Part shown: in pieces, positions 39,136 to 47,868 of the stretch
How the letters are laid out: the number at the start of each line of letters is the position of its first letter
Position numbering within the stretch: the stretch's first letter is position 1
Assembly (NCBI GenBank): GCA_040386535.1
Contig: JAZKFH010000009.1
Coordinates: forward strand, 245,551-309,550
DNA: 64,000 nucleotides
Reading direction: 5' to 3'
From: Myxococcota bacterium
GTDB taxonomy: Bacteria > Myxococcota_A > UBA796 > SXON01
Notes under the pieces: model-generated
Told to the model about the DNA's origin: nothing
Seen by the model: the letters and a program-made list of their open reading frames with translations, nothing else
Database searches by the model: none
Made by a program: the position numbers and the translations under genes

Positions 39136-42100
39136 TCACCGGCGCCGCCGCCCGAGCGCCAGCCCCGCGAGCGCCAGCCCGGCGAGCCCCGAGAGCGGGG
39201 CTCCCGGCGTGGCGCAGCCGCACCCCGAGTCCTGCTCGAGGTAGTCGGGCTCGCTGATCTCATCGGGGCCGGGGCGCCAGTCCTCGGCCGTGTCGCGCGT
39301 GTCCGTGTCGACGATCACCGGCCCCGTGTCCGCGGGCGTGCCCGTGTCGTCGGCGGGCTCGCCGTAGTCGCAGTCCTCGTCGACCGTGCCGTCGCAGTCC
39401 TGGTCGCCGCCGCCGCAGTCGTCGACCGTGTTGTCGGGGGAGACCGACGCGTCGGTGTCGTCGCAGTCGCCGCCGCCCCAGGCGATGGCGTCGCGGCCGT
39501 CCCCATCGGCGTCGTAGTCGCTCGCCAGGTCGCAGTCGCTGTCTACGCCGTCGTACCAGGCGTCGGCCGCGCCGGGGAAGGTGGTGGCGTCGGTGTCGTC
39601 ACAGTCGGCGTCGGCGTCGAAGCCGTCCCCGTCGCAGTCGTCGCACAGGAGCACGTCGGCGCCGTCGCAGTCCTGGTCGATCCCGTCGCCTTCGATCTCG
39701 CTGGCCGCCGGGGAGATCGCCGCGTCGCCGTCGTCACAGTCGAGGCCGCCAGCGCCGTCCGCCGCGTAGCCGTCGCCGTCACAGTCGTCGTCGTCCTCGC
39801 CGCCACAGTCACTGTCCACGCCGTCGTAACAGGCGTCCGGTGCGCCGAGGAACACGGTGGCGTCGGTGTCGTCGCAGTCCTCGCCGCCGTACCAGGAGGT
39901 GACCTGTCCGTCGCCATCCAGATCGTACTCGCCGGCGCTGCCGCCCACGCAGTCCTGATCGATGCCGTCGTAGGGGTAGTCGGTCGCGTCGGGATGGATG
40001 GCGAACACGGTGTCGTCACAGTCGGCGCCGCCGTGCAGATCGGAGGCGTACCCGTCCAGATCGCAGTCGTTGTCGTCCCAGCCGTCACAGTTCGCGTCGA
40101 GCCCGTCGTAACAGACCTCGTCCACGCCGGGGCTGACGGTGGGATCGGTGTCGTCGCAGTCGCCGCCGCCGTCGGCAACGCCGTCGTAGCCGTCCCCGTC
40201 GTAGTCGTACTCGGCGCCGCCGTCGCAGTTGGTGTCGATGCCGTCGCCCAGGGCGTCGTCCGCCGCGGGGTTCACCGCCGTGTCGGCGTCGTCACAGTCG
40301 TCGCCGCCATGGGCGTCGGACGCGTAGCCGTCGCCGTCGCAGTCGTTGTCGTCCGCGTCGTCACAGTCGGTGTCCACGCCGTCGTAACAGACTTCACCAT
40401 CTGCGCCCGGATACGCGGTCGGCTCGGCGTCCTCGCAGTCCTCGCCGCCCCAGGCGATGGCGTCGTAGCCGTCGCCGTCGGCGTCGTAGTCGCTCACGGT
40501 GTCGCCCGCGCAGTCCTGGTCGACACCGTCGTAGTAGACCTCGACCGCGTCCGGGCTGATCGTCGCGTCCGTGTCGTCGCAGTCGAGCGTGCCGGAGCCG
40601 CTGTCGATGGGGAAGCCGTCCCCGTCGGCATCGTCGTCGTCGTCCCCCGCGCAGTCCTGGTCGACGCCGTCGTACCAGACCTCCGTGGCGTCGGGGCTCA
40701 CCGTCGTGTCGCCGTCGTCACAGTCCAGGCCGCCGAAGGCGACGTCGTCGTGGCCGTCGCGGTCGGCGTCGTAGTCGGACAGCCCGTCACAGTCGGCGTC
40801 GACGCCGTCGTACCAGATCTCGGTGGCGTCGGGGTTGGTCGTGGCGGTCTCGTCGTCGCAATCGAGCAGGTAGTCGCTGCCGTCGGCGTCCGCGTCGTAG
40901 TCGTCGTTGCCGGCGCAGTCGGCGTCCACGCCGTCGTACCAGGCGTCCGGTGCGCCGGGGTAGGTCCCGGCGTCCGCGTCGTCGCAGTCGCCGTCCCGCT
41001 CGGTGAGGCCGTCGCCATCGGCGTCGTCGAGGCCGAGAGTGGAGTAGACGAGGTCGTCCAGGCCCCAGGTGTCGACGCCGGAGACGACGATCTCGTCGAT
41101 GGGTACGTCGAAGGTGAGGCCGTAGAACGCGTCGAGCGTCGAGGGGGTGAACGTGGTGGAGTACAGGAGGACGCCGTCCTCGTAGGCGGAGACGCTGAAG
41201 GACACGCTGCCGTCGAGCACGTAGAAGCCCAGGGCCGGCTGGTCCTCGTCGAACACGATCCGGGTCGAGGACGCGCTCACCTGGGCCGCGCGCGTGTCGT
41301 GGGGGGAGGTCCCGCCGACGACGCTGGCGCCGACGAGCCCGCCGTCGAACGCCACGCCCACGTCGCGGTACTGGCTGCGGACGACCTCGCCGCCGCCGAC
41401 GATCTCGAAGTCGATGACGGACGCGTCGGCGAGCGCCGCGGCGGCCGCCCACGTGCTCGGGTCGGTGTAGGCGGTGGCGTCCCCGGCGTCGATGACGCCG
41501 TCACAGTCGTTGTCGACGCCGTCGGTGAGGACCTCCGGCGCGTCGGGGGAGGTGGTCGCATCCCCGTCGTCGCAGTCCCCCTCGGCGTCGCTGAAGCCGT
41601 CGCCGTCGCGGTCGCTGTCGGCCGCCCAGGCGATCTCGAGCGCGTCGAGGCCGAAGCCGTCCGACGTGGCGCCGGTGAGCGTGACGGCGGTGACCTCGTC
41701 CGCGAAGACGAACCCGCGGTACACGCCGCCGGTGCGGTCCTCCCCGGACAGGTCGAACGCGTAGCCGCTGACGACGGAGCCGCTCGGCCCAGTGGCGACG
41801 AGCGTGAAGGTGTCGTCGGGATCGAGGACACGCACGGCGAGCCCGTCCACCGCGTCAGCGAACGCGATGCCGACGCTGTTGGTGTCCCCGGGAAGCACGC
41901 GGGCGCCGCGCTCACCCACGGGGGCCGTGCCGTACACCGTCGCGAGCGCGGTGATGTCGCCGGCGAAGGCGAGGTCCCCGTAAATCGTGACGTCGTCGTC
42001 GTCCGCGTAGGTCTCGAACCCGTAGGTGTCGGTGGCGACCGCGCCCACATCGGCGAGGTCCCACGCCCAGCCGGCCGCGTCGTCGCGCACGCGCACCACG

Positions 42101-44220
42101 CCGTCCACCCAGCCGTCACAGTCGCCGTCGACGCTGTCGCCGGGGGTGTCGGTGCCGTCGGGCTGGGCCGTGGCCTCGGCGTCGTCACAGTCGTTGCCGC
42201 CCGCCGTGGCCGCGACGAAGCCGTCGCTGTCCAGGTCCAGGAAGTCGGGCCGGAAGGCCCAGGCGTAGACCGCGCCGTCGCTCGAGTAGTGGACGCTGTC
42301 GAACGGCGCGGTGGCGAACAGCGTCGCGACATCGCCGGCGTTCTGCGCCACGACCAGGCCCGTGGCGAGCGCGGCGCCGGATCCGGAGCCGGCGATCGCA
42401 TGGTCCGCGGTCGACGCGAGGACGCTGCCGACGGGCGCCGTGGTGAACACGTAGGCCACGCCGCCGCTCGAGGCCGCGAGCCCCATGTTGGGCGCGCCCA
42501 CCACGAGATCGTCGGTGCCGTCGCCGTCCAGATCCCCGGCCGCCAGGGTGCTGCCGAGGTTCGCGGAGACCGCCGTGCCCGCGACGATGGTCTCGGAGAG
42601 GTTCGCCGCCGGGACGCAGGTGAGCCCGGGGTCGTAGTTCCCGTAGACCTTGCCCGCGTTCGTGGCGCTGGCGGCCTCGGTCGAGCCCCCGACGAACAGG
42701 TCGAGCAGGCCGCTGCCGTCAATGTCGGCGAGCAGGAGGGCGGAGCCGAGGCGCGCGCTGGGACCGGGGGTGGAGAACTGGCAGGTGGCGGTCATGTCGA
42801 TGTCGGCCGATGCCGCGAGGGCGCCGCCGGCGACGACGTAGACGGTCCCGGCGTTGGTCGCGCCGTCGTCGGCGTAGAGCGCGGAGATGACGAGGTCGTC
42901 GGCGCTGTCGCCGTCGAGGTCGCCGGTGGCGAGCGCGCCGCCGAGCTGGTCGGATGGGTCGAGGCCGAGAATCGTCACGTCGGCCCCAGTCAACGAGCTG
43001 GTGCCGGAGGCGATGCTCATGCCGTACACGACGTAGACCGCGCCGGCGTCCGTCCCGCCCTCGTCCGCGGTGGGCGCGCCGATGACGATGTCGCGGTAGC
43101 CGTCCCCGTCGAGATCCCCCGTGGCGAGCGCCGTGCCGGCCCCCGCGGCTCCCGAGGTCGGCCCGGTCCACGCGGCGGGCGCGTCGTCGGCCGAGACCGC
43201 GCCGCCGTAGCTCCCGCCCTCCCAGAGGTACACCTTGCCCGCGCGGTTGGCCGCGTCGTCGTTGGCAGGCGCGCCGACGAGGATGTCGTCCTGGCCGTCA
43301 CCGTCTACGTCCGCGCTGGTGATGGCGGTCCCGAAGGCGTCGTCCGGCATCTCGCCCGCGAAGATCGCGTCGGCGTCGGACAGCTCACCCGGCGCATCCG
43401 GCCGGTAGATCAGCGCCACCTCACCGGCGTCGCGGTCCTGCGTACCGACGAGGAGGTCCTCCGTTCCGTCCCCGTTCACGTCCCCCGCGCCGACCGCGCG
43501 CCCGGCGTAGTCGAAGGTGTCCTGGCCGGTCCACGGGTCGTCCAGGTCATCCGTCTCGACCGAGGCGCGGCCCGGGCGTGCGTCGTTGTCGCCGAACCAG
43601 ATGGTCGTCGCGTCGGCGAAGGTGTCGTTGCAGGACCAGGGCAGGCCGCCGGAGGGGCCGTTGGTGCCGATCGTGGCGGTGGCGCCGCGGTCGTGGGCAG
43701 CGTCTCCCCAGGTGGTGTCGTCGAGGACGACCACGGCCTCGTTGCGCCCCTCCAGCAGCCAGATCTGGAAGCGGCCGTCCCCGCCGGCCGTCGCGTGGGC
43801 CACGCCATCCCACGACACGACGAACGTGCGCGAGGGCCACGTGCCGTAGGTGGCCGTGTGAACGGTGCTCGCGGCGAGGTCGTCCCAGTAGGCCGCGATG
43901 CCGGTCCACGTGGTGCCGCCGGGGCAGAGGCCGGTCGACAGCGGGCTCGCGCCGCGGAAGAACAGGACGCCGTTGGCGGAGATCGTCGCCTCCTCCCACT
44001 CCGTCCCGTAGAACGAGAACGGGAAGGGGAGGTCGATGGTGACGAGCTCGTCGTCCCCGAGGGGCCAGGCGTCCCCGCCCGCCGCGTCGAGCCAGGCGTG
44101 GGAGGGGCCGAGCGGCTCGTCGGAGTCGGTGAAGACCACCCCGGCGGTGTCGGGGCCGCCCGTGGCCGCGCTCGCGAGGGGGAGGAAGAACAGGGGGACG
44201 GTCAAGGAGAGGAGGCGCAC
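39136..44220 (-). CDS. large surface protein: nidogen-like N-terminus, FG-GAP/integrin-alpha propeller, many MopE-type Cys/Asp repeats, MYXO-CTERM-like tail
   Basis: LPFPFSFYG...SANG...AAYWDDL; GDxDGDG..DxxxGAP repeats; DCDD...YDGVDxDC repeats; SGCGC + hydrophobic + RRRR C-terminus. Confidence 0.9.
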   Translation of the reverse strand: MRLLSLTVPLFFLPLASAATGGPDTAGVVFTDSDEPLGPSHAWLDAAGGDAWPLGDDELVTIDLPFPFSFYGTEWEEATISANGVLFFRGASPLSTGLCPGGTTWTGIAAYWDDLAASTVHTATYGTWPSRTFVVSWDGVAHATAGGDGRFQIWLLEGRNEAVVVLDDTTWGDAAHDRGATATIGTNGPSGGLPWSCNDTFADATTIWFGDNDARPGRASVETDDLDDPWTGQDTFDYAGRAVGAGDVNGDGTEDLLVGTQDRDAGEVALIYRPDAPGELSDADAIFAGEMPDDAFGTAITSADVDGDGQDDILVGAPANDDAANRAGKVYLWEGGSYGGAVSADDAPAAWTGPTSGAAGAGTALATGDLDGDGYRDIVIGAPTADEGGTDAGAVYVVYGMSIASGTSSLTGADVTILGLDPSDQLGGALATGDLDGDSADDLVISALYADDGATNAGTVYVVAGGALAASADIDMTATCQFSTPGPSARLGSALLLADIDGSGLLDLFVGGSTEAASATNAGKVYGNYDPGLTCVPAANLSETIVAGTAVSANLGSTLAAGDLDGDGTDDLVVGAPNMGLAASSGGVAYVFTTAPVGSVLASTADHAIAGSGSGAALATGLVVAQNAGDVATLFATAPFDSVHYSSDGAVYAWAFRPDFLDLDSDGFVAATAGGNDCDDAEATAQPDGTDTPGDSVDGDCDGWVDGVVRVRDDAAGWAWDLADVGAVATDTYGFETYADDDDVTIYGDLAFAGDITALATVYGTAPVGERGARVLPGDTNSVGIAFADAVDGLAVRVLDPDDTFTLVATGPSGSVVSGYAFDLSGEDRTGGVYRGFVFADEVTAVTLTGATSDGFGLDALEIAWAADSDRDGDGFSDAEGDCDDGDATTSPDAPEVLTDGVDNDCDGVIDAGDATAYTDPSTWAAAAALADASVIDFEIVGGGEVVRSQYRDVGVAFDGGLVGASVVGGTSPHDTRAAQVSASSTRIVFDEDQPALGFYVLDGSVSFSVSAYEDGVLLYSTTFTPSTLDAFYGLTFDVPIDEIVVSGVDTWGLDDLVYSTLGLDDADGDGLTERDGDCDDADAGTYPGAPDAWYDGVDADCAGNDDYDADADGSDYLLDCDDETATTNPDATEIWYDGVDADCDGLSDYDADRDGHDDVAFGGLDCDDGDTTVSPDATEVWYDGVDQDCAGDDDDDADGDGFPIDSGSGTLDCDDTDATISPDAVEVYYDGVDQDCAGDTVSDYDADGDGYDAIAWGGEDCEDAEPTAYPGADGEVCYDGVDTDCDDADDNDCDGDGYASDAHGGDDCDDADTAVNPAADDALGDGIDTNCDGGAEYDYDGDGYDGVADGGGDCDDTDPTVSPGVDEVCYDGLDANCDGWDDNDCDLDGYASDLHGGADCDDTVFAIHPDATDYPYDGIDQDCVGGSAGEYDLDGDGQVTSWYGGEDCDDTDATVFLGAPDACYDGVDSDCGGEDDDDCDGDGYAADGAGGLDCDDGDAAISPAASEIEGDGIDQDCDGADVLLCDDCDGDGFDADADCDDTDATTFPGAADAWYDGVDSDCDLASDYDADGDGRDAIAWGGGDCDDTDASVSPDNTVDDCGGGDQDCDGTVDEDCDYGEPADDTGTPADTGPVIVDTDTRDTAEDWRPGPDEISEPDYLEQDSGCGCATPGAPLSGLAGLALAGLALGRRRR

Positions 44221-44290
44221 GTCTCGATCCCAAGGGGTGCGACTCTACCGCGACCGCACGCGTTCCGGTGGGCCGAGGCCAAAACGGCGT

Positions 44291-44323
44291 GAGGGCCGCG
44301 CGGCGTGCACCGTGCGGCCCCTC
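44291..44323 (-). terminator. probable terminator hairpin
   Basis: GAGGGCCGCGCGG...CCGTGCGGCCCCTC stem with a nearby A tract (44281-44284), downstream of the 45500-44352 gene. Confidence 0.5.
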
Positions 44324-44351
44324 TGCAATCCGCTGGGGCTCCGCGGGAGAT

Positions 44352-45500
44352 TCAGCGCATCCCGCAGCTCTCGTTGTCGGCGACCGCGGTGCCGTGGTCG
44401 TGACCGTGGTGGTCCCGGTCGTCGCGATCGCTGCGGCGGTCGTCGCGGTCGTCGCGGTCGTGGTGGCCCTCGTCCGCACGCTGGCGGGGGGGCGACCCGA
44501 AGGACACGCGGGCGGTCTCGAAGGGCTTCACCTCGATCCAGGTGTCGAGGATCTCGCGGCCGCGCTCGTCGCGCACCTCGACCTCGTGCCAGCCGACGGG
44601 CAGGTCGATGCGGCGGTCGCCGTTGGGCGCGAGCTCGGCGATCGTGCGATCGTCGATCTCGATCTTGGTGCCCATCCAGTGGTCGCTGTCGAGGCTCACG
44701 AGGCCGGTGCGGGGGGCGTCCACGCGCCAGCTGGTGGTCGCGCCGGGGCGGATCTCGGTGGTCTCGCCGTCGATGAACTCGCCCGAGGTGCGGCGCGCGG
44801 TGAGGCGGAACCCCCCGAGCGGGAGAGTGGCGTAGGTGGTCTGGCCGTACGCGCCCACGGTGCGGACGAGGCCCTTGTCACACACCAGCTCGATGGCGAT
44901 GGGGAGCGGGTTGGTCACCACGAGGGTGCCGACCCGGGGCATCTCGACGAGCCAACGGGGCTCCTCGAAGGGGCGCAGATCGAGGCGGGTGCGGGAGAGG
45001 GTGCGGCCGTCGGCGGTGAGGGCGAGGTCGTGGCGGCCCGACCGCATGGCGACGACCTTGGCCTCGCCGGGGTGGAAGGTGGTGTCGGCCTTGCCGTCGA
45101 CCACGAGCTGCGCGTAGAAGGCGCTCTGGTTCGTCACGAGCAGCCGGGCGGTGTCCTCGGGGGTGAGGGTCACGCCGATCGTGCGGTTCGGCACCACGAC
45201 GAGGCGATCGGTCTGGAGCACGCGTTCGGCCCCGAACTGGACGTAGCTGGCGCGCAGGGTGGCGTCGCCGGGGGCGGCCACCACCTCGGTGGTCTGCCAG
45301 GCCGGGAGGCGGCGAGCGGGCTGGCCGGAGAGGGAGATCGTGACCTCGCCGCCGGACTGGTTGGTGACCACGACGCGCCCGGGAGGCGGGCCGTAGCTGT
45401 CGTGCCCCCGGTGGCTGCGGGCGTGGGCCGCGGAGGGCGCCACGAGGGTGAACAGGGTCACCAGGGTGGCGAGGAGGGTGGGGAGCATCCTCGAGGTCAT
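44352..45500 (-). CDS. secreted protein with repeated PEGA-like beta-sandwich domains and His/Asp/Arg-rich tail
   Basis: signal ending AHA; repeated VxVTNQ/VTNP modules; LPVGWHEVEV; GGAG RBS. Confidence 0.7.
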   Translation of the reverse strand: MTSRMLPTLLATLVTLFTLVAPSAAHARSHRGHDSYGPPPGRVVVTNQSGGEVTISLSGQPARRLPAWQTTEVVAAPGDATLRASYVQFGAERVLQTDRLVVVPNRTIGVTLTPEDTARLLVTNQSAFYAQLVVDGKADTTFHPGEAKVVAMRSGRHDLALTADGRTLSRTRLDLRPFEEPRWLVEMPRVGTLVVTNPLPIAIELVCDKGLVRTVGAYGQTTYATLPLGGFRLTARRTSGEFIDGETTEIRPGATTSWRVDAPRTGLVSLDSDHWMGTKIEIDDRTIAELAPNGDRRIDLPVGWHEVEVRDERGREILDTWIEVKPFETARVSFGSPPRQRADEGHHDRDDRDDRRSDRDDRDHHGHDHGTAVADNESCGMR

Positions 45501-45629
45501 CGTGTCTCCGTGCGCGGGTCAGGTTGCCGCACGGTTGGGGTACGCCCCACGTTTGCGAGCCATTCGCGTTCGAAGAACAAGCCGCGCGGCGCGTATGGCG
45601 CGCATCGCGGATCAGGGGGACTGAATGCC

Positions 45630-45658
45630 TTGACAACCGAACGCCCGTTCAGTACGTT
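45630..45658 (+). promoter_or_regulatory. lexA sigma-70 promoter with SOS box in the spacer
   Basis: TTGACA (45630-45635), 17 bp, TACGTT (45653-45658); CCGAACGCCCGTTCAG (45637-45652) contains GAAC-N4-GTTC and resembles the Myxococcus xanthus box CTRHAMRYBYGTTCAGS. Confidence 0.85.
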
Positions 45659-45664
45659 GGGAAA

Positions 45665-46300
45665 ATGGACGACCTCGCGCCCCGCCAGCGGGCCTTGCTG
45701 GATTTCATCGCCTCCTACCAGGACCAGAAGGGCATCCCGCCCACGATCCGTGAGATCGGGGAGGCCCTGGGCATCAAGAGCACCAACGGCGTGAGCGATC
45801 ACATCAAGGCGCTCGTCAAGAAGGGCTACCTCGAGCGCGTGGGGGACGCGCGTTCGTCCCGCGGCGTGCGCGTGTCGCAGTCCGCGCGCGGTGGCTTCCG
45901 GGACGAGGCGACCGTGGCGGTGCCCCTCATCGGGCGCGTCGCGGCGGGCTCGCCCGTGCTGGCAGAGGAGAACTACGCCGGCACCCTCCACATCGACAGC
46001 GCGATGCTCCCGCACAACGCGCCCGCCTTCGCGTTGACCGTCACCGGCAACTCCATGATCGAGGACGGCATTCTCGATGGGGACTACGTCTTCGTGCGCA
46101 AGCAGGAGACCGCGCGGAACGGCGAAATCACGGTCGTGATGGTGGATGGGGACGCGACGGTGAAGCGCATCTACCGCGAGAAGGAGCGCATCCGGCTCCA
46201 GCCCTCGAACGCCGCGATGGAGCCCATCTGGGTGGAAGCCGGGCAGCAGTGCGACATCCTCGGGGTCGTGGTCGGCGTGTACCGGCGCGTCCGCGGCTGA
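45665..46300 (+). CDS. lexA: SOS repressor LexA
   Basis: PPTIREIG HTH, GRVAAG Ala-Gly cleavage site, GNSM Ser, TVKR Lys. Confidence 0.97.
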   Translation: MDDLAPRQRALLDFIASYQDQKGIPPTIREIGEALGIKSTNGVSDHIKALVKKGYLERVGDARSSRGVRVSQSARGGFRDEATVAVPLIGRVAAGSPVLAEENYAGTLHIDSAMLPHNAPAFALTVTGNSMIEDGILDGDYVFVRKQETARNGEITVVMVDGDATVKRIYREKERIRLQPSNAAMEPIWVEAGQQCDILGVVVGVYRRVRG

Positions 46301-46349
46301 CGTCGGGACACGAGCAGCTTCCGATCCCGCATCAGCATAGGTTCGTGGC

Positions 46350-47825
46350 ATGTCGCGTCGCCGCCCCGGCCTCTGGGCCGCGATCGGACTCAACCTCGCC
46401 CTCCTCACGGTCGCCGTGTCGGTGCTCGACGCGGGCGTGTTCTTCCTCGTCACCCGGCGGGTGTTGAGCGACGCGGCTACCGACCTCGCGGTCGGCACGG
46501 CCGACATCCTGGTCGATGAGCTGGCGGCGGCGGGGCCGGACGGGTGGAAGCGGGTGATCGAGGCCCGGCGGCGGGCCGGCACGCGGGAGCTGACGTTGTA
46601 TGCCCCGTCGGGGAAGGTCATCGTGGGCGAGGGGAGCGTGGGGGAGGAGGGTGCACCGGGGCCGGACGTGCGTGCGGCGTTCTTCACGCGGGAGGTCTCC
46701 GTGGACGAGGTCGATGGGCGCGTGGTCGTGGTCGCGCCCGTGGGCGGGCCCGGGCCTCCGGAGGCCGTGCTCCGGGTCGGCTTGCCGCTCACCGTCACGG
46801 CGGCGCCGGCCTGGGCGGTGATCGCGGCCCACGCGGTGCTCTCGGCCGTGCTGATCGTGGTCTTCGGGTTGGTGCTGTTCCGTGGGAGCCTGCTCAAGCC
46901 GATCGAGCAGATGCGGGACGGCACGCGGCGCATCGCGGCGGGGGAGCTCGGGCTGCAGGTGAGCGAGGAGGCCCCGGCCGAGATCGCGGAGCTCGCGGAG
47001 GCGCTCAATACGATGTCGACCGCGCTCGCGGGCTACCGCGCCCGCACCGCCGAGCAGCTGGCGCGCCTGGAGGCGGCGAACGTGGAGCTGCGGCGCACGC
47101 AGGACGCCCTGCTCCGCAGCGAGAAGCTCGCCAGCGTCGGCCGGCTGGCCGCGGGGCTCGCCCACGAGCTCGGAAACCCGCTCACCGCCGTGCGCGGCTA
47201 CATCGAGCTGCTCTCGCTCGGCGGGGACTTCGCGCCCGGCTCCGCCGGGGCCGACGAGGTCGTGGAGCGCTGCCAGGTCGAGGTCGAGCGGATGCACCGC
47301 ATCCTGCGCAGCCTCCTCGACTTCGCGCGGCAGGATGAGCCGCAGGTCACCGAGGTGAACGTGCGCGATCTGCTCGAGGAGGCCGTGCGCACCGTGCGCC
47401 TCCAGGGCCCGTTCCGGGCCATCCGCGTCGACATGGAGGTCGCCGGCGCGCCGCGCCTGAACGGCGAGCCGGACAAGCTCCACCAGGTGCTGGTGAACCT
47501 GCTGCTCAACGCGGCGGATGCGGGTTCGCGCACGATCCGGCTCGAAGCGAGCGAGGCCGAGGGCATGGTTCGGATCGCTTGCGTCGATGACGGGGAAGGA
47601 ATTCCGGCCGAGAACATCGGGCGCCTGTTCGAGCCCTTCTTCACGACCCGTGCGCCCGGGAGGGGAACGGGATTGGGGCTTGCGGTGTCACACCGCATCC
47701 TGGAGCAGCACGGAGGGAGGCTGGACGTGTCGAGCGTGCCGGGGGCCGGCGCGGTGTTCAGCTTGCGGATCCCCGTCGTCCCGGACATCGATCCGCCCGC
47801 TGCTCGGCCCTTCGTTTCGGTTTAG
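46350..47825 (+). CDS. membrane sensor histidine kinase (HAMP-HisKA-HATPase)
   Basis: two TM helices, HAMP, EKLASVGRLAAGLAHELGNP, NLLLNA, DDGEG, FEPFFTT, GTGLGL. Confidence 0.95.
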   Translation: MSRRRPGLWAAIGLNLALLTVAVSVLDAGVFFLVTRRVLSDAATDLAVGTADILVDELAAAGPDGWKRVIEARRRAGTRELTLYAPSGKVIVGEGSVGEEGAPGPDVRAAFFTREVSVDEVDGRVVVVAPVGGPGPPEAVLRVGLPLTVTAAPAWAVIAAHAVLSAVLIVVFGLVLFRGSLLKPIEQMRDGTRRIAAGELGLQVSEEAPAEIAELAEALNTMSTALAGYRARTAEQLARLEAANVELRRTQDALLRSEKLASVGRLAAGLAHELGNPLTAVRGYIELLSLGGDFAPGSAGADEVVERCQVEVERMHRILRSLLDFARQDEPQVTEVNVRDLLEEAVRTVRLQGPFRAIRVDMEVAGAPRLNGEPDKLHQVLVNLLLNAADAGSRTIRLEASEAEGMVRIACVDDGEGIPAENIGRLFEPFFTTRAPGRGTGLGLAVSHRILEQHGGRLDVSSVPGAGAVFSLRIPVVPDIDPPAARPFVSV

Positions 47826-47868
47826 GTAGGACCACCTTCCCGGCCAGCCGGGTTCGTATAGGAAGCGT

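Noticed and set aside
39300..41030. Regularly recurring GTCGTCGCAGTC / GCCGTCGTA units that look like an array
   Set aside because: They encode the DCDD/YDG protein repeats; degenerate at third positions, so not CRISPR or a DNA-level repeat
39994..44292. Very long antisense or alternate-frame ORFs (e.g. 1432 aa here, 893 aa at 2891-5572, 903 aa at 22746-25457, 868 aa at 16170-18776)
   Set aside because: Shadows of real genes; stop codons are scarce in high-GC DNA, and the translations are Arg/Gly/Val-rich with no motifs
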